Assembly (NCBI GenBank): GCA_030704615.1 | Contig: CM060733.1 | Coordinates: forward strand, 9,176,001-9,240,000 | Reading direction: 5' to 3' | DNA length: 64,000 nucleotides | DNA from: Takakia lepidozioides | Lineage: Eukaryota > Plantae > Bryophyta | In this document: positions 13,191 to 26,674 of the stretch, in pieces | Layout of the letters: each line of letters starts with the position of its first letter | Numbering within the stretch: position 1 is the first letter of the stretch | Made by a program: the position numbers and the translations under genes | The notes under the pieces: model-generated | What the model was told of the DNA's origin: nothing | The model's input: the letters and a program-made list of their open reading frames with translations, nothing else | The model's database searches: none

Positions 13191-14415
13191 TGTCATGGGA
13201 TGCGGGTTATACTACGCTGCTCCCCCTTCTATCCCCTGTTGTTGGAAATGCGACGCCGCATTTCCATCCAACGGGGATGATTAAGGGCAGGGGGGGGGGG
13301 AAGGAAAAATAAAAAATAAAAAAATAAAATAAAAAATAAAAAATCTTTTTTTGTCCCCACCCCTATGGACGGAAATGCGGCGCCGCATTTCAATTCAGTG
13401 GCGATGACAAGAAAAAATAAAGTTAGGGTTGCTTTTCCACCCCCCCCCCCCCCCTCTACCCTCTGTTGTTGAAATGCGGCGCCGCATTTCCATCTAGCGG
13501 GGATGACAAGAGAAAAAAAGAAAAAAAAGAGAAACTGAGAATTTTTTATTTCTTGTTTTCACCCCCTTTGGATGGAAATGCGGCACCGCATTTCAATCCA
13601 GCGGCGATGACTAGAGGAAAAACAATCAGGGGTTATTTCCCCCCTCCCCCCTGTGGTTGAAAATACGGCGCCGCAATTCCCATCCAGCGGGAATGACTAG
13701 AGGAAAAAAAAAAAAACACCTGCATTTCAGTCGCCACTACCAGTTACCCTTGCCTCCATGACAGTGGGACGGAAATGCGGCACCACATTTCCGTCCCACC
13801 TACCATACATCCATTGCCTTCTGGAAATGCGGCGCCGCATTTCTATGACAGGTTTCTGGATATAGATATACCTCCCACACCTTACCATCATGAAGAGCGA
13901 GGCACTTTGAGAGAAGTCTGGCAGTTGATAGCATAGATCAGAATTAGATCTTGCTTGGTCGGACCTCTATTCTTCCCCTCCCTCTCTTTACTATTTTCAT
14001 TACTTTGTACTTGTAGTTGCCAAAGCCTCTCTTGGTGGAGGCCAGTCAGTCCGGGGTTTTTGGGCTGGGGTATTCTGCAGGAGCAGCACTGTGGAGGGAT
14101 TTTGGTGTGGGGGTGTTGATGTTTTGGTTTCTTGTGTTTGGATTCCCCCCCACACCTGCATGCTTGACTATGCGCCATGTTGGTTTTGTGTGGGCGCTTG
14201 CTTTCATAGGGATTAGGTCGGATTTGATCACCGGTCAATCCTAGAGTATGTTGTCGGTGGTGAGGCTGGAGTGATGACCAGCAAGACCACCGGTGTTTCT
14301 TCTATGGTGAGGTTGGGTTGATGACCAGCCAACCATATGAGTTCTTGCGGTGGATGCAAGTGCAGGTGCCCCTGGGATATGACCCTTAATCCGCAATAGG
14401 TGCTCACCCGTGTCA
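13191..14415 (+). repeat. 5' LTR of element 3, inserted into the extra ORF of element 2
   Basis: TGTCATGGG...CCCGTGTCA termini (7/9 inverted match), TATA-like TATAGATATA at 13861, and a degenerate Met-PBS-like TAGTACTAGAGCC at about 14426 before a gag ORF. Confidence 0.65.
13244..13843. repeat. Array of seven GAAATGCGGCGCCGCATTTC palindromes
   Basis: Copies at about 13244, 13371, 13471, 13574, 13659, 13771 and 13823, separated by poly-A/poly-C/poly-G rich spacers. Confidence 0.9.
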
Positions 14416-14450
14416 CTATTAGAATTAGTACTAGAGCCTTATAATGTCAC

Positions 14451-16730
14451 GTGGGGGAGGTGCGGGTTGTGAGTGTCATCACGGAGTTACCCAAGGGTTT
14501 TGAGGGGAGTACGGCTACAGGTAGTAGCAGTGAGAGTGGGTTCACCAGACGAGGTATTTGTTTCAGACCACCTTCACCTCCACCCTCAACTAGTGCAGAG
14601 TCAGACACAGACTCGGAGGCTTCATCAATAGGTGTGCAGTTTCATTCGCCATTATTGTGGGACGACATGGAGGAGATGTATGGAGGTACTAAGGGGCCTC
14701 ATAGGTACTTTGGAGCTGTGGGCACAATCGAGCTAGATGACTTTATCCAGGAGTTCGACAGCTGGTGTGATTTTGTAGCAGATGCGCAATCCACAGCTGT
14801 TCATCCCATTCATGGCGTGGAAGGGACTGTTCCAGCATTTGGAAGGTCTGCCTATGGACGATTACCACGAGTTCAGGCGAGGACATGAAGCAGAGATTGA
14901 GGAGTGGAGGATGTATTGGTCACCTGACTACGTCTCCATTACTCGAGGCACGACGCGACCAGTAGCTGCATCAGCACCAATATCTCCCACTGCCAGCACT
15001 AGTAGTGCCGGTACTTCTGCAGGTGGTACCAATTGAAAAGGTGCTACTACTCCTCCTGCCACGACTACAACACATGTGCCTAGGTTCAACCCGGTGGTGG
15101 AGTTCTTCCAGGAGTTGCGGAGGAACTATCAAGATGTACGGACAGAGAAGCTGCGAAGTTTGCAAGACTTCCAGCGCAAATCCAGTGAGAGCTTGCGAGA
15201 GGCCTACACTCGTATGAGGCGCTTGATAAGTTTGACCCAAGGGGTTACTGAAGCTCAGGAAATCCAGTTCTGGTATGGAATTTTGGACAAGGAGCTCAGG
15301 AGAAGGGTGCGGGATGCAACCCTGTTACAAGCAGCCCAACCCACATTAGCAGATGTGTTTCTGCTGGCTGAGCGGATTGAGCTCAACATGGTGGAGGAGC
15401 GAGTTGTTACCATTGGATTTGGCAAGAACATGCCTGCTCGAGGCGCAGCCGCCAGCCAACAGGTACAAGGGACTGCCCAATAGCGTGGTCAGGGGGGCAA
15501 GGTTGCCCAACCCAAATTCTATGGAACTTACAGAGGACCTCAGGTGCAGAGGCCAATAGCTTCTTTTGTAGGCCAACAACAACCAGGGGTGATATGTTGG
15601 CATGTAGAGGACCTCATGTCAAGAAAGATTGCCCAGAGAGTGGCAAAAGGCCGGCACAAGCACAGCCTGCACAGTTGCAGTGTGGGCATTGTGGCAAGTA
15701 TGGGCATGGAGATGCCCAGTGTTATGACTTGCACCATGAGTTGCGGCAAGGCCAGTTCCAAGGGAACAATGGTGGCCGAGGGCGAGGTAGAGCACCTCAG
15801 AGAGGACGAGGTGGTCAGGCACAAGGTGTAGGACGAGGGCAAGCACAGTATGGCCACGGACGTGGAGGTCAGGGCGTTGATCAAGGCATGGCCAACCGGC
15901 TTCAGCAACTAGAGCAAAGGCTTGCTGCCATGGCCACAACTCAAGTGGTATCAGCTCCAAGACTTGAGGGTCCACCTCCTGTTCCTCCTCAGCAGCGTCA
16001 TCTTGATGGAGGAGACATGGGAGACATGGGATTTATGTGTGGGGCAGCACTACCACAAGTGCAGGTGGAGTCTGCTGCAGCCGTCACTCGAGGAGCAGCA
16101 CGAGTTCCTGAGCCACGAAGTGCAGAGGTGGAGTTAGATCCACAGCGTGGGGAGGCAAGCCGTCAGGCTAGGTTGCCTCAATCATTCATGTTGGGGGAGA
16201 CAGTGTCGACGACATCCATGGCACCTAGTTCTCGTCCGACAGATACAGAGGCCTTTATTGTGCCATTGGGGAGAGCTACACGTGCAGCACTGACACATGC
16301 TGCCAAGGCTAGTGCAACCAGTGTGTTGTTGGGGGCAGCCACCTCTGTGTGTCAAGCCCCACTATTCTCATGAACCATGATTGTGACGCCGGGGGTAAGA
16401 CCAGCTGCAGTGTTCAGACTAGCAGCAACACTCTGCGAGAGTGAGGATGTCACTTCATCTTCTGCGGAGTTAGTGGAGGATGTAGTGGCAGAGGGATCCT
16501 CGGATTTGAGGGTCAAGACTGCCACGGCTGCGCCATGGCAAGCTGCAGCTGCCAAGTTGACGGAGCTACCAGTTAGACCAGCCTTTGAGTGCGCCATGGT
16601 GTCACCTAGAGTTGTCTTGTTAGACAATCAGGATGACATTTTCTCTTTGAGTGGACCGGCAGACAAGAGGTACCGACCACTGTGGGTCTTGTTGGACTCG
16701 GGAGCTCAGCCACTGATGTTGGGCAAAGCT
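14451..16730 (+). pseudogene. gag-protease of LTR element 3, 3'-truncated
   Basis: Gag motif LQDFQRKSSESLREAYTRM, knuckle CGHCGKYGHGDAQC, RGG-rich tract and protease VLLDSGAQPLMLG (16686). Homology stops at about 16730 with no RT. Confidence 0.8.
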
Positions 16731-18058
16731 TTATCCGAAAGTCGGGTAATACTTGCCTCATGCTCAAAATAATGGTATTGCTTGTCCACATTTTTAGGAG
16801 CAAAACTTAAAATTTTCAAGTTCTAAGACTTGGGTCTTAAGGGGAAAAACTTAAAACCCTTATAGGCCTGAAGGCTGCCATAAGGCCTGAACATACGGTA
16901 AACCATGACAGATCCGCTATTGCTGTTTGTGGAATTCAGCATAATTCTTGTAGGACACTGCAAGTTGAGGATCCTTAACCAGGCTTATGGTCTGTACTCT
17001 GTACCTGTGCGGAGGGAAAACCTGGGATCTATTTAGGACAGCACCACACCAACAAGCTTCAGTCGACTGAATCGTTTTGCATCCTCTCCAAGTGCAGTTA
17101 TACAAAAGGTTTGAGAGAATCTCTTCATTTATAAACAGTACAAGCATCCTGATGTAACGAAATGCAGCAATTAAGTTCCATGAAGAGATGGATAGTAACC
17201 CTTCCGGAGCAAATAGAGAAATAAACAAAAAGAAAAGGGAAGAAATGAGGTTTTCTGAAAGAAGGGTCCAATTGAGTACTCATGATAACCTGCAGGAGCA
17301 TAATGACATGACAACTGAATGACTCCATAACTAAGTGAGATTGCAACAACAACACCAGTGAATTAAAGAGAAATCTAAATTGAAACATGCAACTCACTAG
17401 ATACCATTTTACCATGCTCACCTCGTCATGGGCTGTCTCTGTCTGTCTCAAGCTGGCCTAACTTGGCTACTGCCTATTTTGTTCTGCAAGGTAGCTCCAA
17501 AACAAGGTCCTCTTTTACTAGTACACAAAGAATGGTTTCCACACCGACCAATAGTCAACAACAAGAGGCACCTGGTACATAGTACAATCCATCCTGAACT
17601 GGCCATGACAACAGACCCTTTCCACACAAAACTGACGGTGCAAACAGGTTGCCACGAAGATAGATCATAACTGCAATGTGGACCACAGTTGCTAACCCTC
17701 TTGATGAGGAAATTAACGCCAATGAGGTCCACAGCTGTGATGAGGTGTCTCACACACTTGCTGGTGTCTTCGCATCACCAAGGAAGCAGGTAGCAGAGAC
17801 AGATGTAGTCATTAACTTAGCTTGCCATAACCTTGAGTGGACTTACCCAGTGCCAGATTTTGGGCAGAGCAGAAAGCAGTGAGAAAGAGCTTGAGCTTTA
17901 CAGCTTGCACATAATACCCATGAATTGATAGCAAGTGCGTTGCCACTGACACACAAATGCTCCCTGATGGGATAGAACTCTTAGAGTTCCTAGTGCAGGG
18001 CTTGGTGATGATGATTAAATGGCTCTGCTCAGCTGCATGAGCAAGGACGCATGGAATC

Positions 18059-21000
18059 CTAACGCAGTGGCACATGGAGGGTGAGGTCAATGCCTCTGCA
18101 CCAACACAACAGGAAAATTAGGAGTGGGGCAATTGAGATGTGGCCAAAGTGCTCAAGTAAGAAAGAGTTAACAATGTTCGCATCAGCATCATGCTCTCAA
18201 ATATTATGACAATCCCAGCACTGATATTCTAACTGGACTTCTGTCAGCTGACGAGGACCACGATTGAGAATTCACACCTGAGAAGGCGGCTAGAGCCCAA
18301 GCTTAAACCCTTATGTACATCATAGTTGACAAGGGTTCCTAATTACAACCAACCTTCACACTAGGGTGTCATTGTGCAAAGGCCCTTCAATAACTCAGAG
18401 TTCACAAGTCTGCAGAGGGCTCACAATCAAGACAATCATGTACTCACTTTTGAGATGCTTCATCACGAAGTTTGATGACCTCAGACTCCAGCAGCAAGCA
18501 TGCAGATTCTATGGCAAAATTCTTCTGGTTAAGCTCTCTCCATTGTGAGCTCAACAGGCTCAACTCTGCTGCTGCTGCTTGCTGTAGCGCCCAGACAACA
18601 CAGCGACACAATTATGGAACATAATCAATTAATTGACGTTTGTTAACAACACAGTGAGTTACTAATAACCGGCAAATCGATGGACCTCCATGGACACTCA
18701 ACATCATGATAGCCTGCATTCAAACAGTGCATAATAATTGTCCAGGAAAGAATGAAGGCCCTGTATCTATCCACGCGACAAACTAAATGATCTCGTTCTG
18801 ATTTCTCCTATCATGGTCACTTCAACAAATAGCACTACTGTGCTGACAAGCAGAACAGAAAGTCGCCATGTGTATGAGGATTCCAAGCCACCAGTTCCAG
18901 GCCCCAATATGGGCTTTTTTATCAACTCCACTGTCCAGCAGTGACAGAGTTCTTCCACTCTTGACATTCTAAGCAAACAGTCTTCTTTCAGGGGATGATT
19001 GGTATAGGTACCAATTTTGAGCTAATTCCCTTTACACATACGACACGCATGTTACATGACGGACATGAAGTTATTGTCATGACTGTAAATGTGAGAGTTG
19101 TCCACCCACATATGTAATATACAAACAAGTTGCAAGCACTATCATGGCCCCAGTAACATGGGTTAAGCTAGTCACTTGCATAGATTCATCAACTCTTTTC
19201 CTGAAGCATCACATCTCTTTCTATGTTCCTATACTTCTTGCACTGCTTTTATATCTGCATTCTCAACCGCTACCTTTGGCGTCCACTAAGTGGGATCTGC
19301 AGAGGGCTAAGTGTGCTACAGACAAGTTTACTCCAGGGATCCGATAACACTAGCCAGCATGTAATCATGTCACATGTGCCCCGTATGCGGGGTTTATGTG
19401 AGAGGATCTTATCTGCAAAGAAGAGAGAGGATTAGCAAAGAAAGAGATGAACCTGGTTTAACTTGCGCTCGCGATTTAACACCTCAATTTCGCGGTTGTA
19501 GTCCCTCACAATTCCCTGTAGCCTGCACCACCCACTCCAACTTTGATCAAACAGCAGAGATAGAAAGTAGAACGTTGCAGATTCAAATAAGCGCAGCAGC
19601 TAGACCTAGATTCCTGACCTTTGCCACCACCTTCCAGTGTTTCTACTGTTAATTCACAGAAAGTATTACCCAATTTGGACTCCTGATAGCTCTGAGAGCT
19701 GAATCCAATCAACATCACATAGCACTGTCTATACAAACTAATGTTTGTTCTCATTCCTGTAACCAGGACCCAGAGTGCACATGACCTCCAAAGTGAACCC
19801 AAAGAGTTTCACTGCTGTTTGGTAAATTCAACCAGAGCGTACAATTTCTTCATTTTTTAAGCAAACATGTGAAGTACCTGGCAGAAAAGCTTTCCAGATG
19901 TTGATTATGCATCCTCCATGCATTTGTGCCATACTTGAGCATCAAATCCAAATTTTCAAGCCTGTAAAGCCAGATGTGCAAATGGACAAAGTCAATTGAG
20001 GTCCAGACCAAAGCCCACCTACTGTACTTGAAAGCATGTATCCAGTAGCCGAACACCAATAATGGGTTCTACTGAATTTATAGAGGGTTTCTCATGAATT
20101 CCTGGGACATCAACGGCTGAGATTTGTCAGTACCCCCATGTATTGAGCCGCTTTTTCTCCAATTCATAAGGGTTTTTGCAAAACTGTACCTATTGCCACC
20201 AATCCATGCATGTCCATAAGTGCTTCACTTTGTCTAGTGGTTCACATAACCTAACAACCGGCCTTTAGCCTCCAGCCAGGGAGCGTCCAAACAAAGGATT
20301 TTGGAAATAAACCCCAAGGGCTCTAAAACTAGAAATCAGAGCACACTAAGTAAAATCACCATTTGTTGTGCTCTTATGAGTAGGGTCAGAAACCAACGCT
20401 GGCCAAGCCTATTTCGAATTAAGGACCTCCACATGGAGGAGGAGGTCTAGATAAGAAGCATGAACTCACTAAACTTCTACTGATGTTGTCAATGTCACCG
20501 GGCAACCAAAGAAGGCACCCACCACATGCAATGCACCCAGGAAAGCAGCTGGGAGTGGAACAGCTGGAGAAAGCTCAAAGTAAACTGTTATATGTAGAAC
20601 CTTAGTGATTGGTGTTGAAGCTGACTCTCCGCATTGTGCAGGGCATGCTTCCATGCGTTTATGTCGTTACGCCTAATGAGGGGCGGGGCCTCCAATCCAT
20701 AGCGTGAAAGGTCCAGAGTTATCGGAGGTTTTCCTGCTCGCACCCTCTCAAACTCTTTCGCCATCATCGGGTAATTCTGGTTGGCAAACAACCCTTTAAT
20801 TTGGATCAATAAATAATATGAACAGTATCTGACAACCAAGATAGTTGGTCTTGAGTGTCATGAAAATACAAAGACAAAAGGAATGCCTTCTTGTCAATTT
20901 GAAAGACTGGGCTACACATGCATATAATGGAAAACTACTACACTTGTAGGTACTTTCTCAATCATGTGTCATAGGCGTATACATATACATGATCATTCGA

Positions 21001-21897
21001 ATATAAAATGCCTCATGACATAGCTCAAACATGACAGACACTAGCTCGCAAAGGGCTCATAGGGACCTGATTTCTAGCTTATATGGCTAACTGATGGCTA
21101 CCATGGGTATGTCTCTGAAAGTGGATGGTAGTTCTTAAAGTTGACATGCTGTCCAATGTTGAGTCTGTCATTGTATGTTTCAACGGTTATACAACTCCTG
21201 GAGCTTCAACATGGTAAATCATATTATCTGGGACCATTTGCATGCGATCCATATCAGCTACATTACTTCACAAATTGTAACCTGCTTCAACCCCAAGTTG
21301 GAATAATCAGGATACCAATGCTGCGGGTCACCCCACTTGTACGTCCTGATGAAAATCGCACCTGGTCGAGCTAAGATTTCATGCATTACCTACTCTCCAA
21401 ACACCCACCGACTGCACTCTCCACGATAGTTCCAGAATCCACGAGAAACCCTAAACCCTAATTTTCACTAGGTAGTTAAGAAATTTATCTTTCAGTTCCT
21501 TCCATAGATTAGGTGTGTGTCCATAGTCCCGAACCTATAATTACCCTCCAAGCGAGCCATGGGTTTTTGGCGGTACCCGTGTGCAACTCAACTCACTCAC
21601 AATTTCCGCAATGGCCACACAACCGATCAAAATCACGAAATAGAGAGAGAAAGGTACCTCAAAGCTGAAAATAGGGGCGGGCGGGAGGCCAGCAAGGAAG
21701 TCCGCAGGCTTCTTAATACTCATTCTCATTTCTTCAGTGATGAGCTTGTCAACCTCGGCTTTCAGCTTGGCATCCCCATAGTCATGATCGATGTAGGGCA
21801 GCGCATCCACAACATCGTCTATCGTGCCGTTCCTCCATCTCCCCGGCAGCGTCTCTTCCTGTGGCGCCTCGAACATCAACGTGTCTGCGCTTGCCAT
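18059..21897 (-). CDS. SPF27: Pre-mRNA splicing factor SPF27/BCAS2 (MOS4 homolog), 6 exons, about 246 aa
   Basis: Exons 21897-21658, 20776-20601, 19961-19878, 19522-19453, 18581-18448 and 18095-18059, all with GT-AG introns and in phase. Motifs [35 protein letters not shown]. The last exon is least certain: an in-frame TGA at 18444-18446 overlaps the donor. Confidence 0.92.
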
Positions 21898-22040
21898 CCT
21901 TTCTACTTTTACAATACAGCGACCCCTCTTGCGCTGGGCGCATGAGCAATTCGCCGAAGCTCAAGCCCCACTCTCCCCTCCCCTTTCCGAGCAAATCTTA
22001 AATACCCCAGAAACCCAACGTCAAACACAAAATCGCCTTG

Positions 22041-22055
22041 AACCCTAACCCTAAT
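22041..22055. promoter_or_regulatory. Telo-box-like motif in the SPF27/PP2C bidirectional promoter
   Basis: AACCCTAACCCTAA between head-to-head start codons 640 bp apart. AAACCCTAAACCCTA also occurs in SPF27 intron 1 (about 21447). Confidence 0.45.
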
Positions 22056-22536
22056 CCTCGCTCTGCAACCGATCCAATGAATCTGACTTACCCCCCCCCG
22101 TACATCCCCGTCTCAAATTGACGGTTTTATTAGGTTGGGTGAGTTGTAGATGGGACTTTAGGGCAAAAGAAGCCAGCTTCACGGCAGCAACTGTTTTCTA
22201 CTGTATATCCCCGTCCCTTCCTCCGTCTCTGCTGCACCACGAGTTATATTCTCCCGGGCCCACGCATTTGGAGGGAAGGGATTCCACCATAGGTTGAATG
22301 TGGCCGTAGTTGACGTAAGGCACATGTTCTATTCTTCTTCTGGAGGGATTCTATCAGTCTTTGTAATGACGACTTTTCCGACAGTGCTAGCAAGTGGGGA
22401 GGGAAGGCGAGGCACTTCCTTACGATATGGTTCTTTCTTGTTGACGGATGCGGGAGTTGGGGGCGTTGGAGGCCCTTACTATGGAGCTAGTGAGTGTGTG
22501 TGTAAGGTGATGTCTTGAAGGTGTGCCCCCCCCAAA

Positions 22537-25500
22537 ATGCCATCCCTGCACAACTTTTGGAAGCTAAAAGCGTGTGTGAGGTCAAACACAGGGTACACTG
22601 GAGGACTATTGCAGGCAGGCGGACTGAAGCTCCTTCTCAATAAAGGGAATTCAAGTTTTTCATCTTCGTCTCCCTTGCCTGTAGGCTCGTCCTCTTCTTG
22701 TCAATATACCTACTTGTCTTTTTGGAAGTTCCCCTCTACTAATCACTGCCCTGCCCCGGCTCACTTGCCATTGGCAGCTGATCCCCCGCATGTTTGGACG
22801 GGTAAGGCTCTCTCTGCGACGGAGTCTCTTTCTCGTGCTTTTTCTACACCTTCCGTTCATGACCCCCTTCGGCAGAGCTGCGGGTTCGCCACTTTAAAGT
22901 TTGTAGCTGATGGAGGAGGCAAATCCACAACCGCCAGTTTGCGGGATTTATCTGAAAAAGGATTTCTTGTGCTGAGGAGCTTGCCTCGTTGCGAAGAGGC
23001 GAGACGAGAAAGTGAATGGGGGAAAAGGGGCATCCCAGAGCATGTCATTACTTCAGCTGCTTCACTAAGGCCAGACATATGGAAGGAGAGGCAATTGCAG
23101 GAGAGACAGGTGGAGACGGATGCAGGTTTAGAGGATCGACATCTTGGAGGATTGAGTTTTGAAGCGAAAAAATCTTCAAAGTATGTCTACAGGGTGAAGG
23201 CTTCTAGTAGCCTTGATGACGATGGGAAAGAGGACAAAAGGGCGGATAGGGAGAAGGGGAATATCTTTGATTCAGTTCATAAAAGGTTCACAGAGAGCCT
23301 TGGAATCCAAAGGTTGTTAGGGATGCATGATGTTTTCAGCTGGTCAATAGCATTTCATTTCTTCCATTGGACACCTGCCCTCCGAAATTTGTATGTGAGG
23401 GCTTTGCACAATACAAGTTTGGCAAGTGTGGTACTGGATCGGATGCAGAATGGCAACACCTCCTATGAGCGAGAAGAGGATTTTCATGAGTATGATTATC
23501 CCTCTTTTCTGCATTTGATTTTATTCTAGAATGAGGAAAGACCAACCCATGAGACCTTGTAATAATTTCCTTATATATTTAGCACTGATGTTCTGGCTTC
23601 CTCTGTAGTCAACATGAACTGGTCTACTTTCAACAAAGATGTCTTTGTGGTCGTCTTGATTATTGGGGGTTTGCGTAGAAAATTTTCTCGAGATAAATTT
23701 TGGACCTATATAATGTAGATTGCAGGAAATCTCTATTTGCGATGCAGTCCTGGTCAATATTGAACTTTTCTTTTGTCAGCTGATTCTACTCATCATTTAG
23801 CCCCTAAAGAGGGGCATCTGGGCTGCAAGCAAATGTATCTGTGATTGTGACATAGTTGGTGAATGTAGAGTGGATCGGCCCTGTCTGTGCTGGCAGGATG
23901 AGAAAAGATATCCGAGCACTAAGGCTTCTCTCTGGTGCATGTTGCCTACCTCATCCAAACAAGGCCAAATCTGGAGGAGAAGATGCCTACTTCATATGTC
24001 CAGATGAACAGGTCATCGGAGTTGCTGACGGGGTTGGGGGCTGGGCTGAGTTGGGAGTTGATGCGGGGGAGTATGCTCGGGAGCTCATGTCTCAATCAAT
24101 GATTGCTGTTCGACAGGAACCTCATGGCTTCATTGATCCCTTGCAGGTTTTGCTTTATGCTCACTCAAGGACCAAATGCCGAGGGTCATCAACTGCTTGT
24201 ATTCTCGCTCTATCTGATTCTGTAAGTTCGCCTCCTACTTTCCCTTCCTCCCTAACCAAAACTGTCTATTCCTGATCTCTGCCTTGTTTAACCCTTGCTC
24301 CCTTTCTTTGAACATCATGGAGGTATTGTGAAATGATCTGACCTGGGCGCTTACTTTAGGGATCATCCCTGCTAAACAAATGCAGCACACTCTAGAGGTA
24401 GTATGATTGGCTACTGCTGCTTCTGCTTTTGAAGGAATGTATATTTTAGTTGTGATAGAATGAGCTCCTTGAATATAATCGCACATCTTTTAATGGTGTG
24501 TACCTTCACTCCAGATTGAATTAAAATTTTTTGGTGGCCATCCTTCGTTACAGCTGGTTAGATATGGTCGATCTCCAAAAAATAATACCTGAGTGTGATT
24601 TCAGTGTCTTGCTCCCCTTAGTAAAACAAGTGACATATTTTGACATACCCCTGTGAGATGCGACTGCTATGTGCCGACAAATATGAGATTTGTAGGCAGT
24701 GGCAAATGAAGATTTAGGTGTGGTCAGTTTGTGGATGTGGAAGTTCAATCAAGAACTGTGGCCGCGGTGGAACTTGTTCACATTTGGAATGTCATATTGG
24801 AGGCTTATGTAGTCTTTGCAAAAGTCTGTAGGTGGGATAGTTGCAGTTGCAGTCTGCTGGTATGGGTTTTGTGGGTGTTACTATGTATAGAAAGCTCTGG
24901 TCATTTTTGTTTAGATGTGTTTTTCCCTTGGATATATTCTCTTGATTTTCTTCTACTAATTATCTTGAAAATAAGTCCATACTCTGCAGTTTACTCTGCA
25001 CTTATGTGGATATGCAGGCTAATTCGGAGTGGTTGCTCCTAACCAGAGTTCAGAGCATCAGGTGCTCGTAGGATCGATTAGTGGCTATGGTCTAAGGATC
25101 TTAGCTGCTATACGTTTGGTTGGTTTATGTATAGATTTCGTCTGTTCTGTGCATAGTTTTGGCCTGTAAATATGGGGACGTGGTTTTCTCATGTGTGGTG
25201 TGCACAACACCTTATACAATGCTCTGGTCATTTTTGTTCAGATGTGTTTTTCCCTTGGATATATTCTCTTGATTTTCTTCTACTAATTATCTTGAAAATA
25301 AGTCCATACGCTGCAGTTTACTCTGCACTTGTGTGGATATGCAGGCTAAAATCGGAGTGGTTGCTCCTAACCAGAGTTCAGAGCATCAGGTGCTTGTAGG
25401 ATCGATTAGTGGCTATGGTCTAAGGATCTTAGCTGCTATACGTTTGGTTGGTTTATGTATATGATTTCGTCTGTTCTGTCATAGTTTTGGCCTGCAAATA

Positions 25501-26674
25501 TGGGGACGTGGTTTTCTCATGTGTGGTGTGCACAACACCTTATTGACTCCTGCTTGGTCTCACTTGTGAGATATGAGGCCTGCCTCCTTGAGGTTTGTTT
25601 CTACAAACGGGACCAGAATGCCAAACTCTGCGAGTTTGTGTTGCTTCCAATTCGGAGTTTAAAGGTAAACCCTAAGCCTGACAAGGCTATGAATATTAGA
25701 GCTGGCAAGAGTATCAGCCCCAGGTGTTAATCTTGTGATATACCTGGGGGCGTCACTTTTGTTACCATTTCTAACAGTAAAAGATGCCAATGTCAGTGTA
25801 TTAAATAAAGAGAGGTGCTGCTTGAGATTGCAGAGGCTGCAAGCTGCAAATATTGGGGACAGTGGGTTCCTGTTGGTGAGAAATGGGGGCATTATCTTCA
25901 AATCACCTGCACAACAACACCAGTTCAATATGCCCTTCCAACTGCAAAGTGATGGGAGCGACTCCCCAAGTGCTGCTGAGGTAAGCACACTAACTTTCAA
26001 CTCTTTAACTCTTAAGTTTTTACCTTAGGTGAAGTGTTTAATCACCTGGAGGAAGGCTAGATTGAGACCGGGGGATAGCCAGTGCTGTGGACAGACTTCA
26101 CTTTTGGTTTCCTAGTAATTTGTTGAGGTCATAGATCTCTGGGATCTGGGGAGAGAGTTCTTATTCAATCCCCTACAAATTTGATCCGTATGTGAGGAGG
26201 CTAAGGTAGGAAGGGGTTAGAGAAAGGTGTTTCATTGGACCAATGCTTGTGGTGGGCCATACTGCCGCAAATTTGATGAATTTAGGCTGTATAATAAATG
26301 GAACATATAATTGTTATTCAATAGGTGTTTCTCGTTGAATGTGATGCAAACAGGTGTTTTCTCTGCAAGTGGCGGCAGGAGACGTAATTGTCGCGGGTAC
26401 GGATGGCCTATTTGACAATTTGTACGATAGTGAGTTGACAAGTGTGGTGGTTCATTCAATACGGGCAGGCCTGGGTCCTCAGGCTACAGCCCAGATCATA
26501 GTGGCCCTTGCGCGAGATCGGGCTCAGGATCGAGACCGGCAAACGCCCTTTTCAACAGCAGCACAAGATGCAGGTCTCCCATTTTCCGGAGGTAAAATGG
26601 ACGATATTACAGTTGTCGTTTCTTACATCACAAATACTCAATCTATACCTGGCACCCCTTCTCACGAGCCTTGA
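22537..26674 (+). CDS. PTC7-type protein phosphatase 2C with a long N-terminal extension (possible organellar targeting), 4 exons
   Basis: Exons about 22537-23312 (end uncertain), 23897-24221, 25834-25980 and 26354-26674. Motifs GGEDAYF, GVADGVGGW, GSSTAC, ANIGDSGF, GTDGLFDN and GGKMDDITVVV. Confidence 0.92.
24894..25543 (+). repeat. Near-identical ~325-bp tandem duplication in PP2C intron 2
   Basis: 24894-25220 is repeated at 25221-25543 with a few substitutions and indels. Confidence 0.9.

Noticed and set aside
13244-13843. CRISPR-like array
   Set aside because: The spacers are related to one another and homopolymer-rich, and the array lies inside a probable LTR.
16800-18050. Short ORFs downstream of SPF27 and in 26.7-28.8 kb as genes
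   Set aside because: No recognisable motifs or coherent exon chains.
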